Positions 46,601 to 57,062 of a stretch of DNA of 64,000 bases are shown here, piece after piece. The position numbers and the translations under genes are program-made. Under the pieces are notes generated by a model. The model did not search any database. It saw only the letters and a list, made by a program, of their open reading frames with translations, and had not been told where the DNA came from. The number at the start of each line of letters is the position of its first letter. Position 1 is the first letter of the stretch. This DNA comes from Haliotis rubra (Eukaryota): assembly GCF_003918875.1 (NCBI RefSeq), contig NW_025765891.1:62001-126000 (forward strand). The letters run 5' to 3'.

Positions 46601-49600
46601 TAGACTATCGCTGGCGCAATAGTATGTTGCAATAGAGTATCGCTATCGCTATAGTTGTTTCCCCCTCAATAGTCACCCTACTAATGACTTCAGAAGTAGA
46701 AGATAATGCATAAACATGGTCAGTGCGCACATGTTTAAGAGGGTATTTATAGTTGATATAGTTTTTCTTTGAAATGTGGTGAAGTGTGGTATGTAGTTTA
46801 TTACTTGGGATTTTATAATATAATCAAAGTAATTACCTTGATATTCAACTCACAAGTCGAGAGTGAGGACCCTTAGAAATCTAACACTAAATATATTTTC
46901 ACAGACCATTGCTTTCATATACAATGTTGTTACCAAATTTGGAGAAATAACATTATTAACCATTATCCCTACCTTTCAATTAATGTTATGTAAATATTAC
47001 GTAAAGATGATGTCGTGTGGAACATTAATCAATGATTATTAGTGGGTTAAATATATTTTGTTCTGAATTATGAAATATCTCAAACAATTTTAGTATAAAA
47101 AGAAGTTTCCACTGTCAATGTTATTTTGTTTGAAAGATATCATTTGCTCGATCACAAATATGATTCTCCCACTTGTCTTGTGACTTCACGCCTCCATGAA
47201 TGAACAGCAGAAAATGCCAAATATGGCATACTGTCAATCATGAAATTAAGGTGCCTCCAAATTAATGCACCTGCTGGCCACTAGCCATAAGTGCAACTCA
47301 GTAGTAATGCAGCTTCCCCTCCAACCCCAGTGGTACATATAGTAATGAAATATCTCCTGTGAGATTTACAGGAGATATGTTTAAGCCTTGCCTCACTCCA
47401 GGCTTACATTAACCTAATCAAACTGCAAATAGGACCGCTTATTAGTGAAGACAAGTGAAGTATAAAACCATCATAAATCATCACTTCACTGATTGATATG
47501 CGGGGTAAGTGTCAACAAGCTTGTAGTCAGGCGACAAGACCATCCCTGTGGATCTGAGAATATATCGATATGTGGAATTGTTCTTTTTTACATTTTACTG
47601 GGTATTTCTGCTATCACAGTATAAACCCGTGTAGGTCCGGGTTAGAATTGATCTTCAGTAACCCAAGCTTGTCATAAGAAGCGACTAATGGGATCGGGTG
47701 GTCAGGCTCGCTGACTTGGTTGACACATGTCATCAGTTCCCATTTGCGCAGATCGATGCTCATGCTGTTGATCACTGGATTGTCTGGTCCAGACTCGATT
47801 ATTTACAGACCGCCGCCATATAGCTGTAATATTGCTGAGTGTTGCATAAAACTAAACTCACTCACCCACTATCACAATATACAACTGCCAACACAGTCAC
47901 TGTTTTTTCTGAAGGACCTACGCATGTTTTGATAAGTGTGAATTTGGTATGGTGGTAGTGCAATAAAATCCACCCTAACCCCCATTTTATCATTTTGTTA
48001 TAAAACACGATAGATACTTTTTCAGAAAATATAGTGTTCTAGATACAGACTAGTGATAATCCTTAGTGTTTGTTTGTCAATCCAGGTATTGCAACACTCG
48101 TGCAGAAAAATCCATCCTTACAACATCTGGTGCTGGTGGACTGTCCAAAGATAGATGAGAAGATATTCTCTATAGCTGCTGTCTCCCTGCAAGCTTCTCT
48201 GGTGAGATCACTTTGTTATAAACAGTTGTAGGAACAAATTGTCAGGGATAGACTAATTTTTGTTCTATGAATTGGTACCTCTTTAAATTGGAGCCAAGAA
48301 CTTCCATCACAAGGTTTAAAATGTATGAATAGGAATAGGAGATATAGTTGTTCTACCTGAAATTTCAAAACGGTAGACATTTTTCTAAATTCACTTGCTC
48401 TATCCCTATATAATGTGTGCATCTCAACCCCATGAGACTGAGCTGTTGTAATGTTCCTCCCTGAGAATGAGATGTTATTATGTCCCCATTGAGAATGAAG
48501 TGTTGTGATGTCCTCCCCACACCCTAAGAAAAGATTATTGTGATGTTTCTGATTCCTTGAAGGGGCAGTGCGTTAGCCCATTGGTTAAAGCTTTTGCTTG
48601 TCATGCCAACGGCCCGGGTTCGATTCCCCACACGGGTACAATGTGTGAAGCCCATTCCTGGTGTCCCCCTCCATGATGTTGCCGGAATTTTGCTAAAAGC
48701 AGCGTAAAACCATACTCACTCACTCTGCTTTCCCTGAGAATAAATTTCTTTGATGTTTCCCCCTCCAACAAGACTGAAGTGTTGTAATGTTTCCCCATTT
48801 CCTGAGACTGAAGTGTTGTAATGTTTCCCCATTTCTTGAGACTGAAGTGTTGTAATGTTTCCCCATTTCCTGAGACTGAAGTGTTGTAATGTTTCCCCAT
48901 TTCCTGAGACTGAAGTGTTGTAATGTTTCCCCATTTCTTGAGACTGAAGTGTTGTAATGTTTCCCCATTTCCTGAGACTGAAGTGTTGTAATGTTTCCCC
49001 ATTTCCTGAGACTGAAGTGTTGTAATGTTTCCCCATTTCCTGAGACTGAAGCGTTGTAATGTTTCCCCATTTCTTGAGACTGAAGCGTTGTGATGTTTCC
49101 TCATTGTCTGAGACTGAAGCGTTGTAATGTTTCTCCATTTCCTGAGACTGAAGCGTTGTAATGTTTCCCCATTTCCTGAGACTGAAGCGTTGTAATGTTT
49201 CCCCATTTCCTGAGACTGAAGCGTTGTGATGTTCTGCCTCCCCATAGATGTTGTTTGGTGATGTTGCAGGAGGAGCTTGAAACCAGTCTACACACCGTCA
49301 CTGACGACAGCCTACTGCAGCTGGCCACCCACTGTCCTAACCTTAAACGGTAGGTGACTCAAGAGCAGTATAATTACTTGCCACTCTTATCCAGCCTTGG
49401 ACTCAGTTGTAAATTCTGAAGGGATAATGTTATTGTTTCAACAAATGAATCATTGATGAGATTTGGTTATTGATATTTGTTGATTGTCAAGATGTTTCAT
49501 ACCAAGAGGGAGTGAATGAGTTTAGTTTTTTATTTATTATTATAGGATATTTATATAGCGCACATATCTAGGCAACTAGTGCTTGCTCAAGGAGATGGGG

Positions 49601-52600
49601 TTTTTTCCTCGATCACTGGATGTCAATCTCAACGGCACATAATATTATGAATCTCAACTCCCTGGGGAGTATACAACTCTTGCAGCCACTAGGCGCGCCG
49701 AGTTATTGTCACATCATTGGCATTGTTGGTGTCTCAAAACGTTGACACTGAGATAGTTTGCAGCAGATTAGCATGGGTACCCCGTTCTTACACATTGACT
49801 TGACAGCTGACAGTTGCTTATTGTAATTTTATTCATCCTCATTACCAAGAATTAGGCAATGGAACCAGTACCTTCTTAAAACAGCTTTTGATCCGGCTGA
49901 ACCACAGACCTACCTACTGTCAGGCTGTCACCCTGATTGAGGATGTTCCTTATCATGAGGACATCATTCTCTTATTTTGTTCAAATAGTTTGGTTTCTAG
50001 AGTCAGGTTTTGCGCCTCAGTATTCTTATAGAAGATTTTTGGATATCAGTTTTATATTGTTGACTGCATATCCAGGTGAGCTCCATTGCTGTGGCAATAG
50101 CTTTTGATGATTGTTGTTGGCTTAACGTTGTTCATAGTCTCAGTAGAGTCATGAGTGAGTCTTGCAGTCTTAGTCAGTCTTGCAGTCTTGGTTCAGTCTT
50201 GGTCAGTCTTGGTCAGTCTTGCAGTCTTGCTGATACTGAAATGACTAAATGCCTAGAGGGAAGTAATAAACTTTGGTTGCAAAGTACTTCTATGCTGTTA
50301 AGTGAATGACCGTGTTCAGTTTTACGTTGCTTTAAACAAGTCCAGCAGCATGAAGGCAGGGGATGCCAGGAATGGGCTTCACACATTGTACCCATGTTGC
50401 GTCAGACACAAGGCTATGCCACTGCCTTGATATGCTGTTTAGAAATTTAGAGCAAGCATATATTGTATCATGGTGTATTGAAGTAAATGTATTATACTTC
50501 TTGGGATTCAGATTGTTTTGTGAAAACTTTTGTTCAAAAGTAGGGGAAACCCCAAAATTGTTGCAAATTTTGTATTTCTTGCTCCTTGTCAATAATGTTT
50601 TTTGTTTTGTTTTGTTTTTCAGGTTAGACTTGAATGGTTGTACCAAGGTGGGGAAAGATGCTCTGATAAAGGTAGGTACATAGAGCACACAAACCTGATT
50701 TGAATAGAGTTTCTCACTTTGTAACACTTGCCAGGTGCACCGGTAATCTTACATAAAGTTTGTTTTGTGGCTCACCTTGACATAATCACAGTGAGTTCAT
50801 CATGGGATCTGTCTTTCTGCCTGCTAAAACTGTACATGTTTGGTGGATCTGGACACAGTAGGGTAATGTCAGTAAGATGTACATGTTTGGTGGATCTGGA
50901 CACAGTAGGGTAATGTCAGTAAGATGTACATGTTTGGTGGATCTGGACACAGTAGGGTAATGTCAGTAAAATGTACATGTTTGGTGGACACAGTAGGGTA
51001 ATGTCAGTAAAATGTACATGTTTGGTGGATCTGGACACAGTAGGGTAATGTCAGTAAAATGTATTTTATCAGAGGCCCAGATAAGCTGCGTATCCGGGTA
51101 AAATACGCATAGAAAATTCCCATTTACGCATCGAAGAATAATTGTTGGGTACCAATTACGCATTTAAAATGTTAGATACGCAAAAAGTTTAAAACAAATG
51201 CGTACGGAATATATATATAAATATCGCTTGCGTAATGAAAATGACATCGATTGCTATCAAGTTGTACTGTTAGTATAGGGCAAGTGTTGTATTGTCAGTA
51301 TAGGATGAGTGATTTCCATTATATTTAAGTTGGTTTTGATTAGGTATGACATAAGGCAGACCATACCTGCTTAGTAAACTTACTCAATGACATAATGACT
51401 AAAATACGCACATATTTGAAAGCAGTGGGTAACGGTAATTGAAATACCCACTCAACATTCATAATACCCACTCCACAAAAATACAGTGGGTACAGTACCC
51501 ACATGAGCTAAATCTTATCTGGAGCTCAGTTTATTGTCCTCAGTAAGAAGATTCTGAATGTCCAATTAAAGATAGATCAAACAAAGATCAACTATAGTCA
51601 TTAAATGGCAGGCAGATCTCTTGTCTCAAATGTCGTCAATGTTTAAGGTAATGTTAAAAAAATATGAAATTCATGGGATCCAGTTGTTGGTTTTATTGTT
51701 TGTTAATAAGATATAGTTGACATTTACCATTTAATATATCCAAACTTAATCTAAAGGTCAAAGGCACCAAAACCTTCTACCTTTCTTTACTGGACTCCAA
51801 TTACAATAAGTCATATGCACATAAAAAGTGGGAAAGAGTCTTTGAAACACAGTATGATAACACAATGCTACGAAACATATATATGATGGCAAAACGATCC
51901 ACAAAATGTAGCAATTTGAAATGGTTACAGATGAAGATATTGTATGATATTATACCCACAAATATTTTCTTAAATAGGATCGGTCTAAAGGACACACCTT
52001 TATGTACATTCTGTTCAAAGGAACTAGAAACAATTGTCCATCTACTCTGTAATTGTTGTCATGTTAAAAAGATTTGGGAGAGTTTGACCAGATGGCTAAT
52101 GACTGTAACTGAAGGTAACATTGACACCAGAAAACATCTTACTTGGATTTAAAGGGAAAAACAATAATTCTTTAAATGCAATGTATCTTGTTGTGAAACA
52201 GGTAATATACACAAAAAAATTAAAAGAACAAGTTCCAAATTTCAAGCATGTAGTAAGCGAGATATCAAAATACTATGAAATTACAAAATATAATGCGTAT
52301 TCTACATGCAGCAACAGTGAGTTTTTTACCTTCTGGTCATCTTTCCACAATCTATTTACAGGAAATACTAGGTCAGAAAACATATAATAAATGTATTTAA
52401 TTACTATTATTAGTATTGGAATCACTGAGATAAGATATACAAAACATATTCAAAGACATTTATTCATTGTATGAAGGGGATTTGTGAGGGTGTATTGAAT
52501 ATACTTGATATATTGTATATGAATATTTGTATGAATATACTTATGTGAATGCATTCTTCATGTACTATGTAAAATGTGGAAATAAAGATGATAAAAAAGA

Positions 52601-55600
52601 AGATATAGTTGAGCACAAATGGTTGTCCCAAGCCTTTCGACAATGAATAATGATGAGCTTCTTTACCTCCACTAGTCTGGTTATTAGTTTTCCTTTGTCA
52701 CACCTACTGCAGGCTCATCAGTTAACCGAGCATATATCTAAATATGGCTGTGAGAGTTGTTTCCCTTCCCAGCTGTTTCAGGGATGTCCTCATCTGGAGA
52801 AGCTTGATCTGTCTTACTGCAACCGTCTCCGCCAACACCCAGAGAGTGAGGCACTGTGGACGTTGCCGCAGTCACTGCGAGAGCTGTCTCTGTGCGGAAT
52901 TCTCTTGGAAGATGAGGGAATATTTGTGGAATGTCTGCAACGTCTCCGTAACATCAACTCCATCCGACTCTGTGGGGTGTCAGCCTTAAATGATGACACT
53001 CTCACAAAGGTAACTATATTTACATTTATACTGTACTGAGTGTGAAATAGTATTCATTCTGCCAAGGAACTGAATAAGTAAAGACTTACACCACTTCAGC
53101 ATAATTACATGAGGTTGGGGTGGGAGATTAGCCTAATGATTAAAGCGTTCGCTCATCATACCAAAGACTCGGGTTCAGTTCCCCACATGGGTACAGTGTG
53201 TGAAACCCATTTCTGGTGTCCTCCACCGTGATATTACTGGAATATTGCTAACAGCGGTGTAAAACTAAACTCTCTCACTCACTACATGAGGTCAATTTAA
53301 AAAATTATGTGGTCACGATATAAGATCCTATAAACTCAGAAACCTGATATGCAAGTTATTGATGCAGAATTGCCATTGACAAATGATGTTAGTTTACATG
53401 TCTCTTACCCCAGTATCCCACTTTTGCTGTCTAAAATTTAATGACAAAAGATTCAGGGTTGTGATTCACCTGCAGTAAAGGAGAGATATGGACTTCAGAA
53501 ATACAACTACTGTACCAGGATATGCATATGTAATATCACCATCAATAGCTAAACCCTACCTCGGATGCTTTGTTAATAAACTGTACTTAATATTTGTAAG
53601 AGCAAAAGAAATGAGTGAAATTATGCTTTAGTTTCTGCAAAAACCTGATTGTTTAAAGTGTGGGCATATAAAGCCAGCCACGGTGTGAAACAACCTGGTG
53701 GTGCTTGCAGGTGTTGGAGCACATCGGCAGCAAGTTGTCCCTCCTGGACCTGAGTGGGGGGATGACGAGGAAGCTGACAGATGAGGGGCTGGCAGCCGTG
53801 GCAAGGTACTGCACCAGCCTGGAGTCCCTCTCCCTCAGTCTCCTCCACACTCCCACAGGGATCACCCTCATGCCACTCTTCAAGGACAGGGACAGGGCCC
53901 TCCAGCTCAAGAAGCTCTTCCTCAGCTGTAACATGGTAAGTTCTGAGATGCATACCAGGGTCAGGGGTCAAGTGACCTACTGAATGGAAAATCAATGAGT
54001 GAGATTTCTTATGTTTGTTGTTGAGGGTCCTGTTTTCTTCTGATATTAATGCACTGAGCTTGAGTGTCACTCGAAAGTATATTGTTAAAGTACAGTAAAC
54101 TACTGTTCTACTCAAGGAAACTGCTTATTATAGTTCATTGTAAACATCGTTCATTATGCGTATTATGACTGAACTACTAGTTTTTGTGGTACTCAAAATT
54201 CAGATCATCTACGGTCATATACAGTTTACAGTTACTGGGTGTGGTGTGAGTTGAACGAAGAATGTAGGACGTTTGAAGCTTGACTAGCAATGCCCACACT
54301 GGTACATTGCCTGACAGTATCTGAGTCAGGGAACAAAAATATGATGTTAATAATGTATCCATGTTTCCACAGATAGACCTGGAACTGCTACACAAGATAG
54401 CTGCCACCACCACTATGTCTAATGTTTCCATGTTTCCACAGATAGACCTGGAACTGCTACACAAGATAGCTGCCACCACCACTATGTCCTAATGTTTCCA
54501 TGTTTCCCACAGATAGACCTGGAACTGCTACACAAGATAGCTGCCACCACCTCTATGTCTAATGTTTCCATGTTTCCACAGATAGACCTGGAACTGCTAC
54601 ACAAGATAGCTGCCACCACCACTATGTCTAATGTTTCCATGTCTCCACAGATAGACCTGGAACTGCTACACAAGATAGCTGCCACCACCACTATGTCTAA
54701 TGTGTCCATGTCTCCACAGATAGACCTGGAACTGCTACACAAGATAGCTGCCACCACCACTATGTCTAATGTGTCCATGTTTCCACAGATAGACCTGGAA
54801 CTGCTACACAAGATAGCTGCCACATGCCATCAGCTGGACCAGCTGGACCTGTCTGGCCTGGTGTGTGTCACGGACGACCTGTTGTCACAGCTGGCCCACA
54901 ACTGCCAACACATCTCCCACCTCAGCATCAAGGGCTGCAGACAGGTACATATACTACTCAGAACTAGTTAAACACATGGCATGACAGATTAGATCTAGTA
55001 ATATCTGGGCTTTCTTTAACTGTTTTGAGTTATAGAGTTATCCTAGGAAGTGGTGCATTGTGATATTGTAGTGATATGTTTAGGTACAGTGAAGCTATTT
55101 ATCTATATAAAGTGATTCAAGAATGTGTGGAGCAAATGATTTATGGTCTGGAAAAGAATTGTAGGTTACATTTTGATGAGTGTATGTAGTATGTATTAGT
55201 TCTAAAATATTCACCCATTTGGAAAAGTAAAGTCTTGGTCCCTTTCTTCCAAAATACTTCCCCGCACCAGGAGGGAGTTTTCACAATGACTTACAGTAAA
55301 ATATTGCAACAGAACATCCATTTAAAATTGGATTCAGATCTCAGTTTGACTCACACCTATGTTTGGGTCAGGTACATAGACATACTTTTAATGTTTTGTT
55401 ACGTGACAATGAGAGATGGTTTGTTTGTTTTTTGTTTGATGCTGCACTGAACGATATCCCAACAATATTCCAACCATATCCCAACCATATCCTGTAAATA
55501 ATTGAATATGAACCTGACAATCCAGTGATGAACAGCATGAGCATGCTACATCGATCTATTATTGCGAAAAAGCAACTGGGTTCTTATTTGTCTGTGATCT

Positions 55601-56720
55601 ATGATAAGACTTGTCACAGATTACTTGTTGTTTACTTCCTGTTCTGTGTTAGTATCGAATTACTATGTCAGTGTGACTTATGTTCAGGTGACAGACTATG
55701 GAGTGTGTGAGGTGGTCCGGTGCTGTCCACTCCGCCGACTTGTGGTGTCCGGGATCAACAACCTGACTGACAAGTCTGTCTTTGCCCTGGCCAACAGCAA
55801 CCCCTACCTTGAAGAGATCTATCTGAATGGCTGCTCAAAGACTACTCCCATGGCCATCAAGTATCTCATAGTAAGAACTGCTTCCATTATTGGGTCACAG
55901 GTGGCTGATGTTCTGAGGTATTGCACCTACATTACAGAGTTTCTACCTTAGTGGACAGTATCTGCTGGTCAATGGTTCAAATACAATATTTAGCCTGTCT
56001 TGGTCAGTGTGGACAGTGAATGGATAAAAATGGTTCAGTCATGTAAGGCGTATCAGTACCCTGTGCAGAGTTATGTCCCTTGGGTAGGCCAGAAACACAT
56101 GTTTATGGTATAAATTTGTGATGTATCAAATTCATTATCTGAAATGAAGTATTTATAAAAATACTAGTCTTGCTTCTGGTTGCAATAATTCAGCGGTTGG
56201 TGTCCAGCATGCCTGCAAGGTGTCGTGCATGTATTGCTGTTCATGGTGGACACACTCGTTATTAAGTATATCTGTCATACTTACCGTACAGTGGTGCTGA
56301 TTAGATTATACATGCTTCACAAAGTCAAGGGGTTCCTTTATTTTTTGTGCCTAGTATATATATTCGGTGAACATTTGCTGAATCAGATTTGAAATATTCA
56401 TGATGATGTGTATTTACTCAGAAATGTTCTATTATTGAGGGTCTGCTTGACTTGAGGAGTTATAAGCAACTTGATAAGTTCAATGGACAACAATGACAAG
56501 GCTTGACAGATTTTTGATGTTATGTGTTGGGACTATTATCTGTGTATTGAGATACCACTGCATGTGGAGTTGTAAGTTGACTGTATCTGTTTGGCAGGAC
56601 TGCTGTGTACCCCGCCTGTACGTCCAGCACTGTGTTCCCAACGCAGTCCCTGACCAGCTGATGGCCAAGAACCTTGACACCGGCGAGTTCTGTAGAGCTG
56701 ATCTCCTCCAGACATCATGA
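43337..56720 (+). CDS. BC-box + cysteine-containing leucine-rich repeat protein (AMN1/FBXL-like), 541 aa; exons 43337-43637, 46016-46171, 48086-48201, 49270-49349, 50623-50671, 52773-53009, 53711-53935, 54789-54944, 55688-55870, 56598-56720
   Basis: All ten exons have GT-AG boundaries and consistent phases (1626 nt in total). Repeated LRR_CC motifs, e.g. CPNLKRLDLNGCTKV, CPHLEKLDLSYCNRL, CHQLDQLDLSGLVCVTD. N-terminal VKALKDMCLHCV...LPTLYKEILIERL. Confidence 0.88.
43671..43991. mobile_element. MITE with CAGGGCTCCAGA TIRs and 5-bp TSD
   Basis: TSD aggtt/aggtt. Confidence 0.8.
44279..44946. mobile_element. Probable non-autonomous DNA element with ~22-bp (sub)terminal inverted repeats
   Basis: gtacagcttgttcagcttgacc (44284-44305) versus ggtcaagctgagcaagctgtac (44921-44942). 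Confidence 0.55.
45502..45772. mobile_element. Two adjacent palindromic MITEs (45505-45610 and 45614-45769) sharing a CAG junction
   Basis: The second element has ~73-bp arms with one mismatch. Confidence 0.8.
46016..46171 (+). CDS. LRR gene coding exon 2
   Basis: tttag acceptor; DAGILALTSAQTSLRKLELQ...DFRGCHSLLNN; gtagg donor. Confidence 0.85.
46243..46680. mobile_element. hAT-like MITE
   Basis: TAGGG...CCCTA termini; TSD ctaattac/ctaatgac. Confidence 0.8.
47625..47868 (+). mobile_element. SINE family 2 (non-tRNA structured head; 3' tail shared with family 1)
   Basis: Homologous to 28441-28687 (minus) and 26610-26820 (minus); TSD-like ctatcacaRtata; tail aatattgctgagtg...taaaactaaactcactcac. 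Confidence 0.8.
48086..48201 (+). CDS. LRR gene coding exon 3
   Basis: ccag acceptor; GIATLVQKNPSLQHLVLVDCPKI; gtgag donor. Confidence 0.85.
48560..48724 (+). mobile_element. tRNA-derived SINE, family 1, inserted in the degenerate flank of a minisatellite
   Basis: Same consensus. Confidence 0.88.
48772..49235. repeat. 34-bp minisatellite
   Basis: Unit gactgaagtgttgtaatgtttccccatttcctga, about 13 copies. Confidence 0.95.
49270..49349 (+). CDS. LRR gene coding exon 4
   Basis: EELETSLHTVTDDSLLQLATHCPNLK; gtagg donor. Confidence 0.85.
50623..50671 (+). CDS. LRR gene coding exon 5 (49 nt)
   Basis: Strong polypyrimidine acceptor; RLDLNGCTKVGKDALIK; gtagg donor. Confidence 0.85.
50831..51063. 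repeat. 47-bp minisatellite (5 copies, one with a 7-bp deletion)
   Basis: Unit tgtacatgtttggtggatctggacacagtagggtaatgtcagtaaga. Confidence 0.95.
51070..51529. mobile_element. MITE with related CAG...CCAGATAAG TIRs and 5-bp TSD
   Basis: TSD tttat/tttat; internal sequence differs from the other two copies. Confidence 0.7.
51721..52599 (+). mobile_element. Tx1/L1-like LINE 3' fragment
   Basis: zf-RVT-like QMKILYDIIPTN...CTFC...ETIVHLLCNC...IW; AATAAA and A-rich tail; 13-bp TSD aagatatagttga (51708-51720 and 52600-52612). Confidence 0.85.
52773..53009 (+). CDS. LRR gene coding exon 6
   Basis: LFQGCPHLEKLDLSYC...LNDDTLTK; gtaac donor. Confidence 0.88.
53114..53283 (+). mobile_element. tRNA-derived SINE, family 1
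   Basis: TSD tacatgaggt. Confidence 0.88.
53711..53935 (+). CDS. LRR gene coding exon 7
   Basis: VLEHIGSKLSLLDLSGG...LKKLFLSCNM; gtaag donor. Confidence 0.88.
54351..54823 (+). repeat. 69-bp tandem repeat spanning an intron/exon boundary (7 acceptors)
   Basis: Unit aatgtttccatgtttccacag|atagacctggaactgctacacaagatagctgccaccaccactatgtct. Confidence 0.95.
54789..54944 (+). CDS. LRR gene coding exon 8 (5' boundary ambiguous because the acceptor is repeated)
   Basis: IDLELLHKIAATCHQLDQLDLSGL...IKGCRQ; gtaca donor. Confidence 0.8.
55688..55870 (+). CDS. LRR gene coding exon 9
   Basis: VTDYGVCEVVRCCPLRRLVVSG...LEEIYLNGCSK; gtaag donor. Confidence 0.88.
56598..56720 (+). CDS. LRR gene last coding exon
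   Basis: ggcag acceptor; DCCVPRLYVQHC...LLQTS-TGA. Confidence 0.8.
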   Translation, partial: DCCVPRLYVQHCVPNAVPDQLMAKNLDTGEFCRADLLQTS

Positions 56721-56723
56721 CGC

Positions 56724-57062
56724 TGTACTGTACGACAACGTGGGATAAGCACCTGACAGGAAGGTGTACTATATGACATGTGGGATAAGCACCTGACAGG
56801 AAGGTGTACTGTACGACAACGTGGGATAAGCACCTGACAGGAAGGTGTGCTGTACGACATTGTGGGATAAGCACCTGACAGGAAGCTGTGCTGTACGACA
56901 TTGTGGGATAAGCACCTGACAGGAAGGTGTTCTGTACGACATGTGGGATAAGCACCTGACAGGAAGGTGTACTGTATGACATGTGGGATAAGCACCTGAC
57001 AGGAAGGTGTACTGTACGACATTGTGGGATAAGCACCTGACAGGAAGGTGTACTGTATGATA
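56724..57062. repeat. 39/41-bp minisatellite starting immediately after the LRR stop codon
   Basis: Unit tgtactgtacgaca(ac/tt)gtgggataagcacctgacaggaagg, about 8 copies. Confidence 0.95.

Noticed and set aside
47625-47705. HDV-like ribozyme assignment for the SINE family 2 head
   Set aside because: No P3/L3 element fits between the candidate P2 and P1 strands, so it is reported only as an unclassified pseudoknot.
48601-49328. Repetitive minus-strand ORFs up to 214 aa
   Set aside because: Translation of the 34-bp intronic minisatellite running into a SINE.
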